Assembly: GCF_006345805.1 (NCBI RefSeq)
Contig: NW_021833620.1
Span: 1-58,390, forward strand
Direction: 5' to 3'
DNA: 58,390 nucleotides
Source of the DNA: Octopus sinensis
Lineage: Eukaryota
Positions 12,255 to 24,469 of the stretch are shown piece by piece. The position numbers and the translations under genes were made by a program. The first letter of the stretch is position 1. Each line of letters opens with the position of its first letter. A model generated the notes under the pieces. The model had not been told where the DNA came from, ran no database searches, and saw nothing but the letters and a program-made list of their open reading frames with translations.

Positions 12255-12722
12255 TGTGAGCACATTGAGAAATGCGCAAAGCAACTACTACCACATTTTT
12301 TAATCTTTCCATTTTACCAATGTGCTATCGGATCATAAACACAAATTAGACTAAACAAGGAAGCATTCTTCATTGAAAAGTACAAGCCCAGACTTAACCA
12401 TCCCAACATACTGATACAGAGAAATTCACACCAAGGGAAACGAAAAAAAAATTTAAGCGATTATCTCCCTTACACCGGAAGAAATCACTCATTACCTCCC
12501 CTTATTTAGAACTCTTTTGAACATAAACATGACGATAACTCTATTCAACATAAACATAACGTCGTAAGAAATTTGAAAAGCTAAATGCGAAACCGGTCTT
12601 TCTTCAAAATTATGTCATTATAAGAGAAAAATTTTTTTTAATATTCTTCAGACATATTGACGCAAATATATATTTTTTAACATTTAAGCCTTCTGTAGTT
12701 TTTTCACTTTTCACTATTTTCT
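12255..12722 (+). mobile_element. Penelope-like element 3' fragment (end of GIY-YIG region + 3' UTR), same family as 22580-26312
   Basis: Aligns by eye with 25822-26312 (gtgagcaca..gcgcaaagcaactact...tttttaacatttaagcctt); ends in (TA)n. Confidence 0.85.
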
Positions 12723-13855
12723 ATATATGTATATATATATATATATATATAATATACATACTATATACATACATACCTATATATATATACATATATATGC
12801 GTGTAGATGAGGATAAACATACACGAATACACTTAAAAATGATATGTGTATGTATAAATAATGTTTATCACATTGCGCGTACGAACTTGTATGCAGTACA
12901 GATCTACATATGTTCACACTTAAATACCAACACGCTGGTGTACAACAGAGACTTGATGTTGTTTTAGGGTCTGCACCTGCGTCTACAACTGCATTCAGAT
13001 GTATACACTGTATACACACACGCATAGATAAATACACATCGATATATACATGCATACATACATACATACGTACATACATGCATGCATACATATATATATA
13101 TGTATATATTCATATACATATGCATATATATATGTACAAATGCATATATATATATGTATATACATACATTATATATATATATATTATATATATATATATA
13201 TATATACATGCATTTATATATGTATGTATATATATGTATACGTATATAAATATGTGTGTTTCTCTATATATATTTGTATATATATATGTATATATACATG
13301 CATATAAATATATATGTACACATATATATGAAGACACACGCAGACACACATATGTATATATGTATGTACAGTACATGCGTACATTTACACACCGAGGTAT
13401 ACGTATGAGATTTATATACACGCGCACACACATATTTAGTTCTTTTTTCTATATTGCTACACATGTGAAATAAAATAGCTGTGTCTTGTGTGTGTGTGTG
13501 TGTAGGTGTGTGTGTGTGTGTGTGCGTGTGTATGTGCGTGTTTGTGTGTACTTCTGTGTGTGTGTAGGTGTGTTTGTGTTGTGTGTGTTTGTACAAGAAC
13601 CCGTACACTGACCCAATGTGTACATCGATGCAGCTTTCGTACGTACACATCATATTCTCATCCAAGCGCCTGTTCACACGTACACAACTCGTACCTCAAA
13701 TGGTTACACATACACAAAGACCCAGATAGAGCGAAAGGAAGAGAAAGAGGGAGAAAAAAACAGAGGTGGGAGAATGCTGCAAATACATACATACACTCTC
13801 AGTCATACACACACATATTTGTATATATATGTATATATGAATATATATGTATATA

Positions 13856-13893
<38 letters not shown>

Positions 13894-14065
13894 CTCTCAA
13901 ATATTATATATTATATATATATATATACTCTCAATATATTTATTAATATATTTATTAATTATATATATATATATAATATATATTATATATATATGTGCGT
14001 GTGTGTGTGAGTATATATGTGTATGAATATATATGTATATATATATGTGTGTGTGTAGTTATATA

Positions 14066-14124
<59 letters not shown>

Positions 14125-14210
14125 ATATGTGTGTGTGTGTGTGTGTATATCCATAAACTAATACACACACACACGCACACGCACACACATATATACAGGT
14201 GCACAGGTTT
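12722..14210. repeat. Long compound TA/CA/TG microsatellite field
   Basis: Direct reading. Confidence 0.9.
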
Positions 14211-14539
14211 TCTGATTGATATCTTTATACACATGGTAAGGAAACTATAGAATGAATATGAGTCACCCAGAAAAAAAAAACCTGATGGGAAACGCCATCA
14301 GTTTACTCAACGGAATGGGGTATTTAGATATCTCGAAAAGTTGCAAACTAAGCAGTTTATTCATTGCACCACGAAATATGAGTATATGTTTGATAGAGAT
14401 AATTCAGAGTAGCCATCTGCATAGAAAAATAGCAGCTGGACTTGTGTTAACATATTTAAAGCATGAAACAGAGAAAGGAAAAGAAAAAAAAAATGAAAGA
14501 AGAAAAAACAGCAAGAAGTTGGAGGAATTATATGATTGT

Positions 14540-15372
14540 TTCTACTAAAAGCACAAGGCCTAACATTTTGCGTTAGGGGACGAGTTGATTTCATGGACCC
14601 CAGTGTTTCACTGGTACTTAATTTATCGACCCCGAAAGAATCAAAGGCAAAGTTGACCTCAGCGGAATTTGAACTCGGAACGTAAAGACAGACAAAATAC
14701 CACTAAGCATTTGCTCGGCATGCTAACATTTCTTATTTTTTTATTGCCCACAAGGGGCTAAACACAGAGAGGACAAAAAAGGTCAGACAAAGGGATTAAG
14801 TCGATTACATCAACCCCAGTGTTTCACTGGTACTTAATTTATCGACCCCGAAAGGATGAAAGGCAAAGTAGATCTCGGTGAAATTTGAGCACAGAACGTA
14901 AAGCGAGATGAATTGCCGCTAAGTATTTTTCTCGGCGTGCTAACGATTCTTATTTCTTTATTGCCCTCAAGGGGCTAAACATAGAGGGGACAAACAATGA
15001 TAGACAAAGGGATTAAGTCGATTACATCGAGCACTGTGCGTAACTGGTACTTATTTAATCGACCCCGATTGGATGAAAGGCAAAGTCGACCTCGGCAGAA
15101 TCTGAACTCAGAACGTAGCGGCAGACGAAATACCTATTTCTATTTCTTTACTGCCCACAAGGAGCTAAACACAGAGAGGACAAACAAGGACAGACAAACG
15201 GATTAAGTCGATTATATCGACCCTAGTGAGTAACTGGTACTTATTTAATTGACCCCGAAAGGATGAAAGGCAAAGTCGACCTCGGCGGAATTTGAACTCA
15301 GAACGTAACGGCAAACGAAATACCGCTAAGCATTTCGCCCGGCGTGCAAACGTTTCTGCCAGCTCACCACTT
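14540..15372 (-). mobile_element. SINE type B tandem multimer (four ~180 bp units plus terminal part)
   Basis: gaccccgaaaggatgaaaggcaaagtcgacctcggc recurs near 14628, 14845, 15061 and 15251; one head (ctgccagctcacc) at 15356-15372. Confidence 0.9.
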
Positions 15373-15504
15373 TATTGAGGAATGAAATATATAATGATTT
15401 CTAAGTTATGTACAAACGCAGCAAATTTTGGAGGGAAGGAGCAAATCAATTTCATCGACTCCAGTGCGTAACTGGTACTTTATTTTATCGACCTGAGAAC
15501 TACT

Positions 15505-15618
15505 TTAAGGGTGCACGTGTCTGTGGAGTGCTCAGCCACTTTCACGCTGATCTCACGAGCCGGCTGTTCCGTTGGTCGGATCCACTAAAACCCTCGTCGT
15601 TGTAACCGACGGAGTGTC
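15505..15618 (+). mobile_element. SINE type C 3' half
   Basis: gagaactactttaagggtgcacgtgtctgtggagtgctcagccac...cgtaaccgacggagtg matches 30108-30230. Confidence 0.8.
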
Positions 15619-15889
15619 CATCTAGATAGATTACCGTTTTTCTATTTAGTTACTGCCTGGTCTAACGTGAGATCATATACCGTTAGGTAGCCATTGCCAT
15701 CCATCATTTCGTGTCAGTTTAGTACGGGTTATACACGCGATACCCACATCCGAATTGACAAAATCCAAAGAATTTTCATTGACCCGATATATATATAGAA
15801 GACAACTCTGGTCATTACTATTTTTAAATCTCTCAACGTGAGATATTCAGCAACAGCAGTTTGTAGTAATGATTGTTTGCCAATATAAC

Positions 15890-15995
15890 ATAGCAGTCCT
15901 GGTTTAGGACTAATGTTGCTGTAATTTAGCCAGCTGGAGACGATGTCTCCTGGGGCTAAATTACAGTAAAATTAGTCCTAAACCAGGACTACCAT
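15890..15995. repeat. ~100 bp near-perfect palindrome (hairpin MITE-like)
   Basis: agtcctggtttaggactaatgttgctgtaatttagcc / ggctaaattacagtaaaattagtcctaaaccaggact (2 mismatches); central ggagac-gat-gtctcc stem. Confidence 0.85.
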
Positions 15996-16039
15996 TTTAT
16001 GTTGGCAAACAATCTTTACTACAACTCTCGACATGTTTT

Positions 16040-16280
16040 GGTAATATTCTTACCGAAAGTAGGGCGACGAGCAGGCAGTATCCTTACGCGCCGGGCAAAA
16101 TGCTTAGCGGCATTTTGTGCGTACGTTCTGGGTTCAAATTCCTTCGAGGTCGACTTTGCCTTTCATTTTTTCGAGGTCGATAAAATAATTACCAATCGAA
16201 CACAGAGTTCGATGTAATCAACTTAGACCCTCCACAGAAATTGCTGGCCTTATGCCAAAATTTGAAACCAATATTCTAAC
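16040..16280 (+). mobile_element. SINE type B
   Basis: ggcgacgagcaggcagta head, gggttcaaattcc B box, gtcgactttgcctttca core. Confidence 0.8.
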
Positions 16281-17799
16281 CGGAAGTCAAAATATTTGTC
16301 TTGAAACTCGTTCATCTTTTATTTATTGATCTTTTGATCTTTTGATCTTCCGTACATTAAATATGCTAATATTAATTTATATATAAAACAACTTGGCAGC
16401 CTTTAAACGGTGGCTCTGGTTACTAGAAATAGCAGGCAATCACCTTTAAAATACCCCTTTATCGTCTTATATAGAGGATGGCATGGTGCTCTGATCTGTC
16501 TATACTTAGAATGTTGGCTAAAATCTATAGATATATTCCGCAAGGCAGTGTAGCAATGAAACGAAAACTTGTTTATTCACCATCGATTAATTAAAAGTAG
16601 AAAACTGACATCCAGTGGTTTTGAAATTGATCCTAATGCGCAGTAGCTTCAATGAAAGCCGAGGTTTTGATCAGTACAGTGTTAGTGCTTAAATCAATTG
16701 TTTAGGACCAATTCGAGCCGAACATGGTGATAACTAATAAACAGCCAAGTATAAAGATGTTCGGGAATATGTCGAATAACTTTTCATCAATAAAACTCTA
16801 ATGTTTAAAGTAAAATAGAGAGAAAGAAAATATTACATCTCAGTGAATGGCAAATGGTTAGAGAAAAGCAATTGACTAGATGGTCACTCGGTTGGAAGCA
16901 ATATACATTTGGAAAGTACCTGATGCCCTCTGGAAGCCGTTGTCATCCAAAAGTTCATAAAGATCAAATCAACCATCCTTAAACTTCAAAAAGAAAGAAT
17001 AATGATTCATTCAACTGCTTCACAGATTTCAAAAGAAATATTTCAAAGAGAGACGCTCTCTGAGCTTCTGTTTATTTTCCCGCTAAAACCTCTGCAGCCA
17101 TTTGTTTTACAGTGTCCCAGTAGTGTTTGCAATGGACTTTAATGGCACAAAACTCCAATGTAATATATAGACTCTTTTGCCGACAAGCTAACGATTTTTA
17201 TCCGAATCGACTACTGTACAACGAACCAGAGAACGTGTGTATTTAATGTATTTAATCATATTTGAAGCTGATACAAGGAATAGAATTGATCAAGAGAAAT
17301 GTAGAAACTTAATAGTCAAACGAACGATAATTGAATTCTAAATCGAAAACTGTTCTGTGATATTAAAATTGAAAAGATCCTAACGTCAAATGGTGGCTTC
17401 CACTGAAATAGGGATATTGACAAACGATATTGACTCAAACGATAAGGAGAATGATGTTTAATATGCGACCAATTCAAACATGAGTGCCATGGCATTACTT
17501 GAAGGTACTTGTAAATAACAGCAAGAAAAAGTAAATATATAATTCATTAATAAATTCTTCAAATCGTGGTGGCAGTCATTTCTTACTAGTTGGGAGTAAA
17601 TTACTGAAGAAAAAACTCTTTATATTTGGGGATATAAACCAGAACATTTTGGATTTAACTTCACAAAGTGTTAGTGAGGTGACGGGAAAGTTGCATAAGT
17701 TTAGTTATCGCACAGAGTGAACAATGTAACCGTTCGGATCTTTTCCATTCGTCATAAAAATGATAAAAGAGAAAGGATGTGATGTATTTTAAACTGTTG

Positions 17800-18376
17800 A
17801 CGAATTACTGCTTGCTCGTGAAATTCACGTGCAAATCGCTAAAAACTACACAAAGACGCGTACCTGTAGCGTAATTGTCATGGAGATTCAGCGGGACACA
17901 AAATGTGACAAAGCTGACCCTTTGAATTACAGGTACTACTCGTTTTTTTTTTGCCAGTTGAATGGACTGGAGCATCAGGAAATTAAGTGTCTTGGCTAAA
18001 CACAGAGAGGACAAACAACGACAGACAAACGGATTAAGTCGATTACATCGACCCCAGTGCGTAACTGGTACTTAATTTATTGACCCCGAAAGGATGAAAG
18101 GCAAAGTCGACCTCGGCGGAATTTGAACTCAGAACGTAGCGGCAGACGAAATACCAATTTCTTTAATACCCACAAGGGGCTAAACATAGAGGGGACAAAC
18201 AAGGACAGACAAAGGGATTAGGTCGATTATATCGACCTCAGTGCGTAACTGGTACTTAATTTATCGACCACGATAAAGTCTACCTTGGCAGAATTTGAAC
18301 TCATAACGTAACGGCGGACGAAATACCGCTGCGCATTTCGCCCGGCGTGCTAACGATTCTGCCAGCTCGCCGCCTT
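17800..18376 (-). mobile_element. SINE type B dimer (17995-18376) joined to or inserted in a D/C chimeric SINE body (17800-17995)
   Basis: Two B units, then gccaagacacttaatttcctgatgctccagtccattcaactgg (D body) and gtacctgtaattcaaaggg..gtcacatt (C tail) on the minus strand. Confidence 0.75.
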
Positions 18377-18533
18377 ATCATGAGCGAAATATCGTAACCA
18401 CTAAGTCATGCGCTTTAACACAACCATCTCCATTAAATCCACCGTCAAATACAACCATCGTTTCCCACCCACACAAAAACACATGATGGACAGCTCTTGA
18501 AGGTTCTTTATTCTCTTATATAAGTATTATGTA

Positions 18534-18898
18534 TACTCTTTAATCTTTTACTCTTTTAGTTGTTTCGACCCCAGGACTTATTCTTTGTAAACCTAGTACT
18601 TATTCTATCGGTCTCTTTTTGCCGAACCGCTAAGTTATGGGGACGTAAACACACCAGCATCGGTTGTCAAGCGATGTTGGGGGGACAAACACAGACACAC
18701 AAACACACATACACACACATATATATATATATACATATATACGAGGGACTTCTTTCAGTTTCTGTCTTTTAAATCCACTCACAAGGCTTTTTGTCGGTCC
18801 GAGGCTATAGAAGAAAACACTTGCCCAAGAGGCCACGCGGTGGGGCTGAACCCAGAACCATGTGATTGGTAAGCAAGCTACTTACCACACAGCCACTC
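18534..18898 (-). mobile_element. SINE type A (internal deletion)
   Basis: Type A tail, body and head motifs. Confidence 0.85.
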
Positions 18899-19147
18899 GA
18901 AATAAATGAAAAAAACAACGAACAAAATATCTTCTGAGAAATGATACCGAAATTGTAGCGTTTTTATCCAGATTGTAATCTTACTCCGGTACTTGTTATT
19001 AGTTGAACAAACGCTTAATGTTCTTAAATATGTAAGTAATATGGCAATATACTTGAGACAAACAAATAATTAAGCAATAAAAGCGGTGTTCTAGCATGGC
19101 CGCAATCAAATGACTGAAACAAGTAAAAGAATAAAAGAATATAATAG

Positions 19148-19198
<51 letters not shown>

Positions 19199-19709
19199 CA
19201 TATATATACTGCGTACTTATATTTCCTTGCGCTCATTTCTTATCCAGAAGTTATAATTACGACTATTGAATGTAAACGAATTCTTTGGTTTTGGAATAGG
19301 ATTACGTTAGTAAAAATGGCTGCTGGAATCACAACATGGCTCCTGACACCGCGTATCTCAGCCTTGAAGAACGGAGGATTCTTTTGAATGCGATTTCATT
19401 GCATGATTGTATTAACAATCATATATATATATATATGTCTTTATTGCCCACAATATTAAACTTATAGTTAATTATTTAAAATTGTGTGTGTGTATGTGTA
19501 TGTATACACACACACGTACATGTATATACATATATATGTATGTATATGTGTGTGTGTGTGATTTGGGTGGGTGTGTATGTGTGTGTGTTTATATGTATGT
19601 ATGTATATATACATAGACATATATACATATATAATAGAGAAAAAGAGGATGAGTGGGGAGTGAGATGATTTATTTAATATTTCTTTCAATAGCTATAAAT
19701 TTTGCAAGA

Positions 19710-19881
19710 TATACATGCATAGATTATGAGAGAGAGAGAGAGAAAGAGAGGGAGAGAGAGATTGAGAGGCAGAGAGGGGAGACAGAAAGAGACAGAGACA
19801 GAAAGAAAGATAGACGGAGAATGAAAGAAAGGGAAAGAGAGATGGAAAAAGAGAGATAGACAGACAGAAATTGATAGATAG

Positions 19882-19975
<94 letters not shown>

Positions 19976-20000
19976 GGAGAGAGAGAGAGAGAGAGAGAAC
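19710..20000. repeat. (GA)n/(GATA)n compound microsatellite
   Basis: Direct reading. Confidence 0.95.
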
Positions 20001-20013
20001 GAGAGAGAAGTTT

Positions 20014-20225
20014 CCCAAACCCATGGTTTCGGGTTCAGTCCCACTGTATAGCACCTTGGTCAAACCTTGTTAGTGGATATGGTTGACAGAAACTGTAAGA
20101 AGCCCGTCATATGTATGCATAAATAAATAAATAAATATATATATATATGTAGAAAGAGAGAGAGAGAGAGTGAGAGAGAGAGTGAGAGAGAGAGTGAGAG
20201 AGAGAGATGTTTATATTTATGTATA

Positions 20226-20260
<35 letters not shown>

Positions 20261-20520
20261 TGTGCCCGTCTTTGTATATTTGTCCCCCATCACTGCTTGA
20301 CTGCCGGTGTTGGTATGCTTTCCCTTACCGTAACTTAGCGGTTCGGCGAAAGAAGCCGATAGCACAAGTACCAAGCGTTCAAAAAAAAGTGAAAAAAGTA
20401 AACGAAAAGTAGATAACTCCTGTCGATTTATTCGACTAAAAATTTTTGAGGCGGGACCCCAGCATGGCCGCAGTCTAATGAGTGAAACCCGCAACGAGAG
20501 AAAAAGATAAAAAGGAAAAA
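20014..20520 (+). mobile_element. SINE type A with expanded internal microsatellite
   Basis: gggttcagtcccactg head, internal (GA)/(TG) expansion, gcatggccgcagtc..tgaaac tail. Confidence 0.8.
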
Positions 20521-20809
20521 ACAAAAGACTATGAATCGATAACTTATATGCCATCATACACTTACCGTATATGACGGCATAAAAGACGCAGTGGAACTCT
20601 AGATCCACGCTATTGTCAGCAGAAAATGTTCAGAAAAGAGAGAAAAAAAAGAACTAGTGCTTTAAAGCATATCAAATAGGCCTAACCTCGCATATAGAAT
20701 CCGAGGTGAAACCACGGTATAATGTTTTGGGAAAATAGTGAGTCTACTGTTCTGTTATGTACGGTATATAATGCATCAGATGACTTCCTAGACATAGATA
20801 GATAGATAG

Positions 20810-20965
20810 GGAGAGTTTACGAAAAAAACAAAAGACGAAGACAGGTGGTGTACACAACAAACAAATGTGTTAGTATAACGCTCAGGAAATTGAAAGTCTT
20901 TTACGTTTCGAGCCTTCGCTCTTCTACAGAAACGGACACAGAAAAAAACAAGGAGGGAAAAAAAT
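20810..20965 (-). mobile_element. Penelope-type 3' end with a minimal hammerhead-like motif (20902-20932)
   Basis: Minus strand tttCTGTAGA-A-GAGC(gaag)GCTC-GAAACGTA-aaag: palindromic ACGT stem III, GUA triplet, A6 mutated; T-rich trailer running into (CTAT)n. Confidence 0.65.
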
Positions 20966-21269
20966 ATAGATATATAGACACAGAGATAGATAGATAGATA
21001 GATAGTAGGGGAGAGAGAGAAAGAGAGATTGATGGAGAGATGGAGGGATACATAAGTAGACAGATAGATGGACAAAAAGATGTTTCTATAGAGGGATACA
21101 TAAATAGATAGGTAGATAGAAAGATAATCTTTTGTTGTAACCAAGAAGGAGCTTTCACCAAGACGGGCGGAGTTCGATTTCCGGCAGGGAAAGGTATACA
21201 CTTTTAAGGTGGTGAAGTTGGCTATTCGAGAACACGCAGAAGAAAACTTTTAGGGGCATTCCTTCCAGC

Positions 21270-21440
21270 TTGACTATCTGAGTTCAAATTCCACTGTGGT
21301 CGGATTTGCCTTTCATCTTTTCGTGGTTGGTAAGACATCTACCAATCGAGTACCGGGGGTCGAGGAAAACAACTAACCCCACCCAGGTCCCACTGAGCCC
21401 ACTAAAAAATTTTAGGCATTGCATCTAAAGTAGAAAGGAT
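21270..21440 (+). mobile_element. SINE type B, diverged
   Basis: gagttcaaattcc..ggtcggatttgcctttcatctt. Confidence 0.6.
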
Positions 21441-22340
21441 TATTTCCAGATAACAAACCGCTTGAAAGAAACAAAATTAGAGATAAAAAATGACAAAATA
21501 TTTGAGATACCGTCAGAATTTTAGGCAGAATCTGGTTGACAAATGGTCTTTAAATATGGCGGTAGTGGTGTTGGTGGTGATGGTGGTGGATGCGGTGGAG
21601 ATGGTAGTGGTGGTTTTGATGGTGGTGGTGGTGGTGAAGAGAAAAGTTTCAGCTAGAGTAAGGGATATGTAACAGCTCAGTTCAGGAGAGGAAACTCCGT
21701 TAAAGGGGAAACAGGAGATGAAAAATCCCAAAAAATTTTTGTTAATAACAAAAAGTCCACAGGAATATGAAGACTTGTAGTTTAGTGGTTGCAGCATATT
21801 GGTAAGTAAATCATTCCAAGCAGTCAAAAATGGTCTTCTTTTGTGGTTAAATAAACAAATGAACAGAACGATAAACGTTCGATTGACGGATCGATAAGTG
21901 CGGTTGTATAAGTATCTACTTTACGATCAAGTTCATACACACACATACGTACATACATACATACATACATACATACATACATACATAAATACATATATAT
22001 ACACGCATATATATATATATATAATATATATATATATAATATATATATATATATGCGTGTATATAAGTGCATATGTATATATATACATCTATTTGTATAT
22101 ATTGTATACAAACACACACACATATATACATATATTTGTTCCATCCGCCCTCGTGTTGTTTTTTTTTGTGCTTTCTTTTTTGGATTAACTTTATATATAT
22201 ATATATATAAATACACACACACATGTATATGCATATATATACATATATATATGCATATATATACATATATTACATACGTATAATATTATGTGTGGTGCCT
22301 ATATATATATATATAGATATAGATATACATATATAATATA

Positions 22341-22373
<33 letters not shown>

Positions 22374-22414
22374 CATGCATATATTACAGACACCAAACAG
22401 CTCTATAGTGTATA

Positions 22415-22450
<36 letters not shown>

Positions 22451-22579
22451 CACACACACATATATATGCATATATATACATATATACATACATATAATAT
22501 TATGTGTGGGTGCATATATATATATATAGATATAGATATACATATATATATATTATATATATAATATATATACTATATA

Positions 22580-24469
22580 TATAAGAAAATAGTAAAGTGG
22601 TGAAAAAACGACAGAAGGCTTAAATGTTAAAAAATAATATATTTGTGTCAAAATGTCTGGAGAACTGGAAAATTTTTTTCCTTTCCTTAAAATGACATAA
22701 TTTTAAAATTTTTAAAGAAATTAACCGGTTTCGCGTGTAGCTTTTCAAATTTCTTGTGACGTTATGTTTATATTGTATGGAATTATCGTTGTTTTTATTT
22801 CCAGGAGATTTCTAAATAAGGGGAGGTATGAGTGATTTTTTCCGGTGTAGGGGAGATAATCGCTTAAAAAATTTTTTTCCCATTTCCTTGTTATTTCTCG
22901 TGTGTCAGTATGTTCGGATGGTTGAGTCTGGGTTTGTACTTTTCAATGAAGAATGTTTTCCTTGTTCAGTCTCATTTGTGTTGATGATCCGAAAGCACAT
23001 TGGTAAAATGGGAAGATTAAAAATTGTGGCAGTAGTTGCTTTGCGCATTTCTCGATGTGCTCACTAAAAGGTATCATTCTATATTCTGGGAATGCAATCT
23101 GTTGTCGATGCAGTGTGCACTGCGCCTGAGTGATAGTCCCGTGGAACCCACGTAGTCTTGGTGGCAGCCCGAGCATTTAATAACATAATTATTTTTCAGA
23201 GGCACAAGTAAAGTTGATTTTGATCTTAAATTTCTGTCCCTCTTTAAAGAAGAATTTGATCCTTCCAATAGGTTAGGACATGTTGCACAGTTTCGATCTA
23301 CCACATTTTTAACTTTGCATCCGTAATTTTAGAAGACAATTTTGCCTTTGTGAGAATCTTTAAGTGATTTAGGCTGTTTGTAGCTTTTAATGATTGGTGT
23401 ATGTTTAGAATTTCCTTTAATTTTGGGTTTTTATGAAGTATTGGTAATTCTGGGTGATGATGGTGAAGGCTTCTTTGTTTCTTCTGGGTTGTATGTAGAT
23501 ATGTAAGGTAGTATTTTCGGGGAAGGTGTGTTGTTGTGTTGAACTTTTCTTAAAGTTTCTATGTTGATTTCTGGTTGCACGTCTGATCCCATCCTCTATG
23601 AGTTGAGCTGGTAATGTCTGTCAATTAGGGTGTTTTTGAGTTCTTGCAGTCTAAAGTTCCTGGTATTTTGTTCTGACACTATTGTGCATATCCTTCTTGC
23701 AAGGTTGAAGGGGATGTTTGTTTTAGTGTGTCTTGGGTGGCATGAATTAAAAAGAAGGTATTGTTTGGCGTCTGTGGCTTTGTAAAAAATGTCTGTTTCT
23801 ATTTTATTAAGGTTAATTTTTTTTATTAGTATATCCAAGAACGGGAGCTCCTTTTGGTTGTATTCCATTGTGAACTGTATATTTGGGTTTATGCTGTTCA
23901 ATAGGTTTTTAAATTTTAGGAGTTTATCTATGTTTTCATTCCAGAGAATGAAACAATCGTCTAGGAATCGTTTCCAATTCTCTTTTATGTATTGAGAGAG
24001 GGAGTTTCCAAAGATTGATAGAGATTCCTGGTAAATGATTATTTCCATGTATCCCATTGTTAAGTTCGCAATGACTGGTGCTGCCCTTGTACCCATAGCA
24101 ATTCCGGATTTTTGACGGTAAAATGTATTGTCAAACATGAAGTGGTTATTGTGTAGGATGAATTCAATTGATTTAGTATGAATTCCTTACTGATCCTTTT
24201 TGGTATTTCTTCCGGAAATTGGTCTAACCAGAATTGTATTGCCTCCAGTCCATAATTATGAGGTATACTGGTATACAAGTTGACTACAATCAAATGAAAC
24301 CAGGATTGTTTCTTCCTTGGTTTTTTTTGGAAGGTGTTTTAACATATCTAAGTCATCTCTGATATGGCTATCGATATTTTAAGGAAGGGTTTCAAGAGGA
24401 TGTCCATAAGTAGACTTAGTCTGGTGTTTCACAGGTTGGGCCAGCTACAATGGGTCGTAGTTTTAGGTC
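22580..24469 (-). mobile_element. Penelope-like retroelement (Neptune-like), 5'-truncated, left arm of palindrome: RT core to GIY-YIG to 3' UTR
   Basis: Minus strand KLRPIVAGPTCET, MIVVNLYTSIPH, FYRQKSGIAMGTRAAPVIANLTM, WKRFLDDCFILW, LPFLDI, YLLFNSCHPRHTK, CGRSNCATC linker, YVIKCSGCHQDYVGSTG; frameshifted. Confidence 0.95.

Noticed and set aside
14540-15372. CRISPR-like regular array
   Set aside because: The units are ~180 bp near-identical SINE bodies without unique spacers, in eukaryotic DNA
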